Assembly: GCA_951406725.2 (NCBI GenBank)
Contig: OX597815.1
Location: 188,294,001-188,358,000 of the forward strand
Source: Octopus vulgaris
Lineage: Eukaryota
DNA: 64,000 nt
Direction of reading: 5' to 3'
The notes under the pieces are model-generated. The model had not been told where the DNA came from and searched no databases. It saw only the letters and a list, made by a program, of their open reading frames with translations. Below are positions 52,813 through 64,000 of this stretch, piece by piece. A program made the translations under genes and the position numbers. Position 1 is the stretch's first letter; each line of letters begins with the position of its first letter.

Positions 52813-52909
52813 AGAGAGAGTAATATAAATACACACATGCACACAGCATAAGTGTGTGTATATATATGAATATATATATATATGTATTTATATATATATA
52901 TATATATAT

Positions 52910-53112
52910 CATCATCATCATCATCATCATCATCGTTTAACGTCCGTTTTCCATGCTAGCATGGGTTGGACGGTTCGACCAGGGTCTGGGAAGCCAGGGG
53001 CTGCACCAGGCTCCAGTCTGATCTGGCAGTGTTTCTATAGCTGGATGCCCTTCCTAACGCCAACCACTCCGCGAGTGTAGTGGGTGCTTTTTACATGCCA
53101 CCGGCACAGGCG
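52910..53112 (-). mobile_element. RTE 3' UTR-derived fragment
   Basis: Family match. Confidence 0.85.
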
Positions 53113-53139
53113 CAAAAAGTTTATATATGTATATATATC

Positions 53140-53345
53140 GTAAATCCCCAAAAAGAAGAACAATCACAAAAAACACAACAACATGAGGACGTGGTACATG
53201 TAAAGTATTAGCAGATGCTCAGGGAAGGAAAGAAAGATGGTTTAATGTTTCGAGCAGACACTCTTCTTTGGAAACAGAGGAAAGTCCAATAGAAAAGGAA
53301 GACGGAGGAAGGAAATTGCCAACGATTCACATGTGGTTACAAGTA
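53140..53345 (-). mobile_element. PLE-like end with degenerate HHR at 53239-53277
   Basis: gttt-CCAAAGA-agagtgtctgctc-GAAA-ca-TT-aaac. Confidence 0.5.
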
Positions 53346-53384
53346 AAAAAAAAAAAATATATATATATATATATGTATATATAT

Positions 53385-53789
53385 AGTTCGAAAGGGATGA
53401 AGAATCCATACAAATCAAGCTTATAGGTAAAAAGCAAAAGTAGAAACAGCATGGTAGTATGTTTAAAAACTCTTTTAAAATTTTTTTTCTTTAATCATTT
53501 AGTGACTTTGATAAAATATTACTGGTTTTGATGTATATGTCCATCTTATCCACCTTAATATTAAAAATACAAAGTCAAAATTTAGAAAATTAAAAAATTT
53601 TTAATTCTAATTTTTGATTTTAATTTTTAATATTTGATAAGATGGACATACACATTGAAACTGGTAATATGTTATAAAAGTCACTTATGTAACAAAAATC
53701 TAAATATTCATCCTGACCGATTAATGAAAAAAGTAAAAAAAAATTTGAATATACTTCCATGCCATTTCCACTTACACTTTTGACCTATA
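53385..53789. mobile_element. Fold-back PLE-like end with HHR-like motifs
   Basis: Diverged inverted repeat 53422-53789; plus arm atat-TTGATAA-gatg..catt-GAAA-ctgg-TA-atat. Confidence 0.7.
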
Positions 53790-53814
53790 TATATATATAT
53801 ATATATACATACAT

Positions 53815-53874
<60 letters not shown>

Positions 53875-53966
53875 ATGTATATATATATATATATATGAAC
53901 ATATATATGTTTGTATGTATATATATATACATGCATATATATATACATATATATTAATAGATATAT

Positions 53967-54027
<61 letters not shown>

Positions 54028-54367
54028 TACATACATATGGGGGTACATATATACATATTTATGCATATCTCTCTGGCTGTATCTGTCTGTATCCTGCCTC
54101 TCTGTGTGTCTGCTTGTGTATTTGTATGTATATACATACACTCGTTTGTGGATGCACACACGCTTATACATATACACCCACACATGTGTGCTACATACTC
54201 ATTTTTATATTAAGATATTATATATCACATATATATATATATATATATGTACATGTCTATATTTATGTGTCTGTGTGTGAGCATGCATATACATACATGC
54301 AAGTGTGTGTGTATATACATACATACATATATATATACATGTATATATATATATTATATATCACACA

Positions 54368-54412
<45 letters not shown>

Positions 54413-54770
54413 AATCCGTGCTGCATCATATGTATAAGTATATATATATGTATATATATATATACATATATGTGTATATTTATACAAACACACACACACT
54501 CACCACCATACACCTACACACACACGCACATACACACATACACACACATCATATATACATATACATGTCTATATTTATGAGTCTGTGTATGAGCATGCAT
54601 ATACATACATGTAAGTGTGTGTGTATACATACATACATACATATGTATATATATTATATATTACACACTATATATATATTTATTTATTTACATATATGTA
54701 TATATTTATATAAACACACACCCACCCACATACACCTACACACACACACACATACACACATATATGTATC
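53790..54770. repeat. Cryptic TA/CA microsatellite mosaic with internal duplication
   Basis: Read directly. Confidence 0.9.
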
Positions 54771-56683
54771 AAGTATCTGTGTTGAAGACATATGAGTAAT
54801 ATCCAGTTTGTCAACTGCAAGATATATAGTGTTGGAATCGACGCTTCACTAGAGAGGAACTGCAAGCTACTACATTGTGAAAAAATATGCTGCTTTATGA
54901 CTGATTTCTCTCTTCCTCTCTGTAATTCTGCAGTTTAGTTCAAGGAAGATATATTGAAATGAGGAAAGAAAAACGTCATGTGGGATACATTGGTTGTATT
55001 GATTGTTTGAATGATCATTCTGTGTATGTTAATATGGTTTTTGTATATAATTATATCAACTCATATTTGTGATAATGCACATATTTAGAAATTTCTTGTG
55101 TGTAGAATATGTGTATTTATTATGCATGTATATATGTGTGTGTTTATGCATGTTTATATATATATATATATATATATGAATGTATATATTGCATATATAT
55201 ATATATATATTTTTATATATGCGAATTGTGTAAATATGTATGTGTATGAGCGTGTATATATAATTTATATGTTTTTGTGTGTATATATAATTTATATGTG
55301 TGTGTCTGTGTGGGTGTATGTATGTGTGGGTGTATGTATGTGTGGGTGTGTCTTTGTGCCTTTTCATATTAAAGATTGATGCATGCATATATCCTCATAT
55401 CTAGATAAGTTTTAGAGATTGAAATTATGTTAGAAGAAGGAAATATATGAACAAACAAACCAATAATACATGTTTATATATGTGTATATATAAATATATA
55501 TATGTGTGTGTGTGTACGTATGTATATATGTATGTATGTATATATATATGTATATATGTAGATATACATATACATATATATATGTATGTATATATATATA
55601 TGTCTAAATATATATGTTTATATGTACAGATGTATATATATTTATGATATATATTTCTATATACACGCACATAATATATACATATAAATCCAGCCAGCCA
55701 CATACATACATACAGACACATATACATACACAAGCACACACACCCCCACACAAACATACATATGTATATACATGTATATACATATATAACAAATATCTTG
55801 TAATATAGAAATTACTTAATATCCGGAACTTAACAATGTTTTTCACTCTGTAAATATCAATCAGATTTTAGGAGATGTTTGTATGTTCGTTTATTTTTCA
55901 GGAAAACATTCCTTTTTACTGCTGCTTTTTTTTATTTTTCATACTCTTTTATGCCTATGCTAAATTTCAGTGTGTTGTCATAGTTACATCAGAAATAGTT
56001 GATGTTATTTAAAATTTCCTTTGTTGATGGTATTGATCAAAAGATCTAATGTTATTATTAGCTATAAATATATAAACACTTTAATTATTTTGCCAAAGCT
56101 TCAGTTTTTTTCTACCTTGTTTCTTTTTCCTTCCTTCCAACATTTTATTCTTTCTTTCTTTCTTTCTATTCCCCCTCTTCTTTTCTTCATTCCTTTTCTT
56201 CCTCCTCTTCCTCACTGTCTTGTTCCTTCTCTTTTCCTCTTCATCCTCCTCCTCCTCCTTCACCCCTGCCTTCTTGTCATCGCCATCCTCCCCTTCATCT
56301 CCTACCCCTTGATCTCTTCATTCTCTTCCTTGTCCTCCCCCTCCCACTCCTCCTCTTCGCCATATTCCTCACCAATCCATCTCCTCATTTCTGTTCCAAA
56401 TCCATCTCCTCTAGATTGTAATCTACATCCCTACAGTACCCAAACATCGTTGGTTCAAAGAGTTATGTCAAACGTGTAGGATGGATCCAGCTACAGGCCA
56501 AATTAATTTAACAATGTTATCCTCATTTAACAAGTTTGGGCAAACAGTACACCAGTACATGCCCATTTGTTTTAAAAATTTGGGATTACATAGATATAAG
56601 TTTGTTTTATTATTAACATTATTATTATTGTTGTTGTTGTTGTTATTATTATTATTATTATTATCATTATTATCATTATTATT

Positions 56684-57240
56684 GCGTGAGAGAGCAGTGC
56701 ATGCCATCAAAGTGACACTGGGGTAAAATATATGGAGCCCAGTATACCCATCATTACGACCCGTTTAATAAGAGTACACCAGGCATATACATCACAACCA
56801 TATGTGCGTGACAGGGTGATTTCAAATCAAGATTAATAGCACATGACCTTGCAGGTGGGGGCCCAGTTAGGATTTTCTTTAGGTCGAGTAACCCAACCTG
56901 CTCAAAAGGTCCCTGAATAAGGGTTGTTTAACGATGTTGAATGAAACACCAATGTTTCCAGAAGTGAATTATCCAAACCTCAAAGAATTCCTCTCAGTAC
57001 ATGGCTATGATGCTCCCCCACTACTTCTACTTGTGATCAGAGATGCACATATCATCAGTCACTAGGGGGCATGCTTAACTGGTTAAGGTCAAACAACTGA
57101 CAAGCAAATCTGTGGTATTGAGTAGAAGATTTGCTGTAGCCCATCTTTCATCCCAAGATAAAACAATGTATATGATAACACTTCCAATCAATTAAGATGA
57201 GAAGCCATGAAAGCAGCTGCTTGGTACTGCATCAGGGCAT
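56684..57240 (-). mobile_element. Full-length ~556-bp (AAT)n-embedded element
   Basis: Colinear with 655-1210, same ends. Confidence 0.85.
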
Positions 57241-57272
57241 TTATCATCATCATCATCATCATCATCATTTTA

Positions 57273-57324
<52 letters not shown>

Positions 57325-57334
57325 CATCATCATT

Positions 57335-57372
<38 letters not shown>

Positions 57373-57373
57373 T

Positions 57374-57417
<44 letters not shown>

Positions 57418-57441
57418 TATTATTATTATTATTATTATTTC

Positions 57442-57528
<87 letters not shown>
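57241..57528. repeat. (ATT)n/(ATC)n compound microsatellite
   Basis: Read directly. Confidence 0.97.
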
Positions 57529-57530
<2 letters not shown>

Positions 57531-58352
57531 GCTTGACTTTTGCTTTGTATTTGTAGAAGTTGACTCCATGTCTCACCCAGAGACCTCAAGAGACAACAAG
57601 TTAGAAGTTCAAGTTGGTGTTATGACCAGGGTGCCATATATTTTTGTTTTGCACAAAGTATTGTTCTAGAGAATGTCTGTCAAGAGATAAATTAAATTAG
57701 AAGTTTGTCTTAAAAACAATTTGATTATAAGATGATAGTCTGATGTTAAGATGATAGTAAAAGGTGATTGCTGTTTTGTACATTTAAAAGTATTTTGACA
57801 CTGTTTACAGATTAAAATATTTTGGGAATGACATAGACAATATTTTATGTAGCATATGGGCAGTTCCCATGAGCACTTTCTTGAATTCTTTGAATTTCTT
57901 TCAATTTTGGATTTCCTGATATCTGAGCTATATAGCAATCAGCCCCTTTTGCTATCATTCCTAGGGCACCTATAACAAAAAGTATTGTTTCAGTTTTGAG
58001 GTTCTACATTTTGCCAATTTCTATTTCAAGATCTTTATACTTACTCTGTTTTTGGTATGTCTTGACAGATACATTTATGTCGATTGGGACAGTCATATCG
58101 ATGAGGAGGCATGATTTTTGTCTGAAATCCTTCAATATAGAGTATGGCCTATTTGCACCTATCTTTCTGTCAGTTTTAAGAAGTGAGATATGGTCATTTT
58201 CAAGCACTGGCAGTAGTTTGTGTTCCCACCAGATTTTATCATGGGGCAGGTCCAAGTCTCTTTGCAAATTACCCAGTGAATATACTGTGCTGCTCTATCA
58301 TGCCTGTTGAGATACTCTGTAAGTGCATGAAGACTGCACATGGAGACAACAT
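57529..58352 (-). mobile_element. R4/Dong-clade retrotransposon 3' part (RLE domain) ending in (AAT)n
   Basis: HVVSMC..EYLNRHD..YIHW, ANRP..LLIDMTVP..KQSKYKDL, VIGALG, VLMGTAHML. Confidence 0.88.
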
Positions 58353-58660
58353 GACCCGGCAAAATAAAGTGAGTTCACAGCTGTAACCTACATCAGTGTC
58401 ACATAACCAGCTCACTCAAAAGTACCTTGAATCGTTGGATGACATGCCATGTTTGAGGAGACCTATTGAGTCAAGGACATCAAAATCAAAATTAAATGGA
58501 AATTGTAGTTGTGATCCCCGTGCTGGTGGCATGTAAAATGCACCATCCGAATGTGGCTAGTGCTAGCACCACCTTGACTGACTTCTGTGCTGATGGCACG
58601 TAAAAAGCACCAACCAATTGTGGTTGTTGCCAGGCCCCTGTGCCAATGGCACATAAAAAT
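58353..58660 (+). mobile_element. RTE 3' UTR fragment
   Basis: Matches 6009-6335. Confidence 0.8.
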
Positions 58661-58744
58661 TTTATCTGTCCTTATGTTCTAAGTTCAAATTCTGCTGAGA
58701 TCAACTTTGCCTTTCATTGTTTTGGGGATCAATAAAATAAGTGC

Positions 58745-59093
58745 CGTGGAGGTGCAGTGGCCCAGTGGTTAGGGTCGCAGACTCGCAATCGTAGGATCAC
58801 GGTTTTGATTCCCAGATCGGGTGTTGTGAGTGTTTATTGAACGAAAAGAACCTAAAGTTCCACGAGGCTCCAGCAAGGTGGTGGTGGTGAACCCTGCTGT
58901 ACTCTTTCACCATAACTCTCTCTCACTCTTTCTTCCTGTTTCTGTCATGCTGAATCTCCCCCGAGAACTACGTTAAGGGTATATGTCTCTGTGGAGTGCT
59001 CAGCCACTTGCACATTAATTTCAGGAGCAGGCTGTTCCATTGATTGCATCAACTGGAACCCTTGTCACTGTAACCGACGGAGTGCCACAAAAA
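58745..59093 (+). mobile_element. tRNA-derived SINE nested in a Nin-core SINE
   Basis: TSD aaaataagtgc at 58734-58744 and 59094-59104. Confidence 0.85.
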
Positions 59094-59296
59094 AAAATAA
59101 GTGCTACTGGGGAGGATGTAATTGATTTAGTCTCCCCTCCACCCTGAAATTCCTGGCATTGTGCCTAAATTTGAAACCAATATTTTAAAATGAACTACTA
59201 GACAAGAAGTAAACTGCTAGCTTCATGTTTTAGAAAATCTTTTCTACATTTACCTGTAAAAACTGCACAAGAGTTTCTTGAATAAAATATTGAACC

Positions 59297-59334
59297 AAGG
59301 CAGCAAGCTGGCAGAAGCGTTAGCATGCTGAGCG

Positions 59335-59372
<38 letters not shown>

Positions 59373-59797
59373 GTTTAACGTCCGCTTTCCATGCTAGCAT
59401 GGGTTGGCTGATTTGACTGAGGTCTGATGAACCAGATGGCTGCACCAGACTCCAATCTGATCTGGCAGAGTTTCAACAGCTGGATGCCCTTCCTAATGCC
59501 AACCACTCCACGAGGGCCAGTCAGGCGGTACTGGCAATGGCCACGCTCAAATGGTGCTTTTTATGTGCCACCAGCACAGGAGCCAGTCAAGCTGCACTGT
59601 CAATGCTTAGCGGTATTTCTTCTGCTGTTACGTTCTGAGTTCAAATTCTACTGAAGTCGACTTTGCCTTTCATCCTTTCGGGTTTGATGAAATAAGTACC
59701 AGTTACACACTAGGGTCAATGTAATTGACTTAATCCCTTTGTCTGTCCTTGTTTGTCCCCTCTATGTTTAGCCCCCTGGGGGCAATAAAGAAATAAA
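59297..59797 (+). mobile_element. Nin-core SINE interrupted by a minus-strand RTE 3' UTR fragment (about 59340-59602)
   Basis: SINE head stops at gcgaaat and resumes at aatgcttagcggtatt. Confidence 0.85.
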
Positions 59798-61175
59798 TAT
59801 TGAATCAAATTTGATTCCATATTCAAATTTATGGAATAACCTAGTTTGCTAAAAATATGCCATACATAAAAATTTATTTTTCATACGTCCACGTATGAAG
59901 AAACTATGATACACTCTTGCAGAAGAAAGAATAGTTGATGTAATTTGGAACCATAAGAAAATATTTTGTTATCACAAGCCAAAACAGAAATGTAGTGAAT
60001 ATACAAATTTATGGAATATTTTAGTCAAATGCTGATATCTTATAATATCCTATATGTTATCATTTATCATTGACTTGTTTCAGTCAGTTCTGATTGCTAT
60101 CTTTAAAAGTTATTGTTTGACTGTTCTTCAGTCTTGAGTAAAATATGTCTCTTATAATTATTCATAGCATAAAAATCATGTCATATAGTCTTTTAGATTT
60201 TTAGTTTCTTTCACTAAATCAAGAACTATTTTTTTCTGTCTTGACTGATTTTAGCAAAATAAACCTGTGTTTTTCTTTTTTCAAAAATTCAACAAAAACT
60301 TATAAAATTTTTGATAATGATGTTTTGTGTGACATTACTTTCATCCACTCAGAAGTAGAAACGAAGCAGAAATTTTATGGTAATTATCAATGGAAAGGTG
60401 GAGATGATTGAAGAAATTAAGAATTAATTTCTCAAAGGAAATTTATATGCTTAAGGAAAAATCTAATCTTTGTTTGTAACACAAAAGACCATATAGACAT
60501 GTGTCAGTGTATTTAAATTAATAAGCATAATACAGTCTACTCAGGCTTGCTTGCTCTACCAACAAAGATTTCTTTATGCAGAAGCATTTATATCAAGCCA
60601 AACAAAGTAACTCTAACAATAATGGGTTCAGTTTTAAATAATGGCCCAATATAAACAACAATACCATATTGTTACATAGGTTAAAGAACTTCAAGAACCA
60701 GTGATAGAAATTCAACCCATTGAATGAATATATTGTATTATGGAAAAAGGCATTTACAGTTATTTGGTTTGGCTGCTGTTTCTAATAGGGAAGGTTAAAA
60801 AAAAAGAAAAACTGAAACCTAAATTTGAAATTAGGTTTATTGGGCACATGATAATTCCAGTGTTCACATAAATTTAGGAAGACCATTTCTAAAGTTTCAG
60901 TTCTTTTCTTAATTACCTACTGCATGGATAGAAATAAAAGTAAAACAATGTTATTGTCAGTCGGTAGTAACATTCAGATTGAATCAAATAAGGTCAATAG
61001 AATTTGATATGCTTAAACAGAAATGCCAACTTACTGTATACAATACTAGCAAATGCTTAATTGGACGAATATATCTAAAAAACAATAAAAATCAACTGAA
61101 AAATTAAACTTCAGAACCACATGTGATGAGACTGAAATTGGTAAATAGTTAGGTACAAATGAAATTATCAATATA

Positions 61176-61773
61176 TGGTGAGCTAGCAGAATCATTAGCA
61201 TGCTGGGAAAAATGCTTAGTGGTATTTTGTCTGCCGTTACGTTCTGAGTTCAAATTCCGCCGACGTCGACTTTGCCTTTCATCCTTTCGGGGTCGATAAA
61301 TTAAGTACCAGTTACGCACTGGGGTCGATCTAATCGACTTAATACCTATGTCTGTCCTTGTTTGTCCCCTCTGTGTTTAGCCCCTTGTGGGTAGTAAAGA
61401 AATAAGTATTTCATCTGCCGTTATATTCTGAGTTCAAATTCTGCAGAGGTCGACTTTGCCTTTCATCCTTTGGGGTTGATTAAATGAGTATCAGTTACAC
61501 ACTAGAGTCAATGTAATCGACTTAATCTGTTTGTCTGTCCTTGTTTGTCCCCTCTGTGTTTATCCTCTTGTGGGTAGTAAAGAAATAGGTATTTCGTCTG
61601 CTGTTACATTCTGAGTTCAAATTCTGCCAAGGTCGACTTTGCCTTTCATCCTTTTGTGGTTGATTAAATAAGTATCAGTTACACACTAGAGTCACTGTAA
61701 TCAACTTAATCCCTTTGGATGTCCTTGTTTGTCCCCTCTATGTTTAGACCCCTGTGGGATATAAAGAAATAAA
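61176..61773 (+). mobile_element. Nin-core SINE trimer (one head, three ~184-bp bodies)
   Basis: Units restart at gtattt..tctg near 61222, 61406 and 61589. Confidence 0.9.
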
Positions 61774-61784
61774 TATATATTTAA

Positions 61785-62392
61785 CCCATTACCATATAAA
61801 TGGGCTGTATTTGGCCCAAATATTTTACTTGTTTTATGTCGAAACTAGACAGGTCTGGCCTCTTATGCTTACCCTACATTGTCCTTCTAAAAATTAACAG
61901 TTATAATTAAAATTTCAAACTTGGAGAATAATGTATGATTAATTAAAAAAAAAAGTGGCCGTGTGGTAAGTAGCTTGCTTACCAACCACATGGTCCTGGG
62001 TTCAGTCCCATTGTGTGGCACCTTGGGCAAGTGTCTTCTACTATAGCCTCGGGCCGACCAAAGCCTTGTGAGTGAATTTGGTAGATAGAAACTGAAAGAA
62101 GCCTGTCGTATATATGTATATATATATATGTATGTGTGTGTATATGTTTGTGTGTCTGTGTTTGTCCCCCCAACATCGCTTGACAACTGATGCTGGTGTG
62201 TTTACGTCCCCATAACTTAGCAGTTCGGCAAAAGAGACCGATAGAATAAGTACTAGGCTTACAAAGAATAAGTACTGGGGTCGATTTGCTCCACTAAAGG
62301 CAGTGCTCTAGCATGGTCGCAGTCAAGTGACTGAAGCAAGTAAAAGAGTAAATATGTATTACATTTCACAGAGTAATCTGGTTGCTAAATGG
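61785..62392. mobile_element. TTAA MITE interrupted by a major SINE (61955-62352)
   Basis: ttaa-cccattacca ... tgctaaatgg-ttaa. Confidence 0.8.
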
Positions 62393-63129
62393 TTAAATTG
62401 AAGACGCTAACCTGGACCAAATGTTGTTGACAATAATAGTAAGTTCAGTCGAAATGAGAAGTAAATATTAAGGTACTGATAAGTAATGAGAAAAAAAGAG
62501 AAAGGTAAAAAAAAAAAAAAAAAAGCATTGCTTCTATATTTTGTTTGACTAGAACGGCTTGTATTACCAACTGCAAAATGGTAATTTTAGCTCTTATTAA
62601 TGTCTTCATTGGTTGTGATGTTGCTTTTAATCCACTTTCTAAGCAACCCAGCAGCTTTTCATGTCACTTTTACGACATTTTGTAAGCAGCTAAGAGTTTT
62701 TCATGTCATAATTAGCTGTGCCTAAATAATCAACAACAACAACAACAACAAAAATCAATAATTGTGCATATGAATTAATTTAAAAACACAAAAGCTAATT
62801 ATGTGTGGCAGATTATGCTGTGTAACACAATTAAGCAGTAAGTATAGGTATATTGTGATATGAAGAGGGGAAAAAGAAGAACAATACGTGTGAACACAGC
62901 TCTTTTACATAGTATAGTAGAAATGATATATACCAAGCAACACAAGATGGCTTTAATTGAAATTTTCCTCTGTTACTGTAAAGTAATCAATAATTTGCTG
63001 TTAGGAACTGTCCAAATTATTCACTCACTGTGCCTAAAGAGACAACAGAATTTTGAAAGGTAACTACAAAAGCTCTCAGAAGTTAATGATAAAGTATGCA
63101 TAACAAAATACACATTTGTACTAATGTAC

Positions 63130-63230
63130 ATGCATACATGCGCACATACATACATACATTCATACATAAATGCATACATACATACATAAATACATACATA
63201 CATACATACATAGATACATACATACATACA

Positions 63231-63262
<32 letters not shown>

Positions 63263-63486
63263 CATACATACATACATAAATACATATATACACATACATA
63301 CATACATACATACATACATACATACATACATACATACATAAATACATACATACATACATACATACATACATACATACATACATACATGCATACATACATA
63401 CATACATACATACATACATACATACATACATGCATACATACATACATACATACATACATGCATGCATGCATACATACATACATACA

Positions 63487-63516
<30 letters not shown>
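63130..63516. repeat. (ATAC)n microsatellite
   Basis: Read directly. Confidence 0.97.
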
Positions 63517-63517
<1 letters not shown>

Positions 63518-64000
63518 TAATGTGGACGTGAGCTGTAATTATGGAGAAAATTAAAAGGTATTCTGCCTATTGGATGGTATGTATAAGAGATTGTGACTTT
63601 AAAAATAATAAATTGAATTCACTCCAAGTGAGTGAATGACATAATTAATTATGATAATATAATTAATTACACAGTATCGTAATTTAAATATTTTAAACCT
63701 TTATAAATATTGTCTTTATAAAAACCAGCCATTGAATAATTTGATATATTTTGCAAGTAAAATTTTTCTTACCATTCTGTGTGTGTATTCTGACATGTAT
63801 AACTAAATATATTTAAACTGCTTTTTACTCTGGCAATGAAGTTTAGCTGTTGTGTGCTGCTTGTAAATTTTACTGTATTCCATTTTTAGTTCGATATATT
63901 TGTCATCAATAATCCAATGTGTCAAATAACCATATTTGTAAATAGATATTACAGAAAGCTTCAGGTCCCTAATGTAGGTTGTAGAAATACTTTTGTTGAT

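Overview
AT-rich, microsatellite-saturated eukaryotic DNA. The SINE families and repeat style strongly suggest an octopus genome, and the window looks intronic or intergenic. I found no supportable host protein-coding gene; nearly all ORFs in the track are microsatellite or SINE artefacts. The window is a mosaic of tRNA-derived SINEs, 3' fragments of RTE, CR1 and R4/Dong-type (RLE) LINEs, decayed mariner, hAT and piggyBac elements, and MITEs. The most striking signal is about 15 loci with type I hammerhead-ribozyme (HHR) motifs. Most sit in fold-back (inverted-repeat) elements inserted in (TA)n and look like ends of Penelope-like retroelements (PLEs). They include one consensus-perfect HHR (16917-16994), a G3:C8 core covariant (51098-51148), a possible U3:A8 covariant, hairpins that appear to turn around in HHR stem II, and a candidate unit-length retrozyme monomer (22337-22552). 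All of this was read by eye, so boundaries are approximate and no searches were run.
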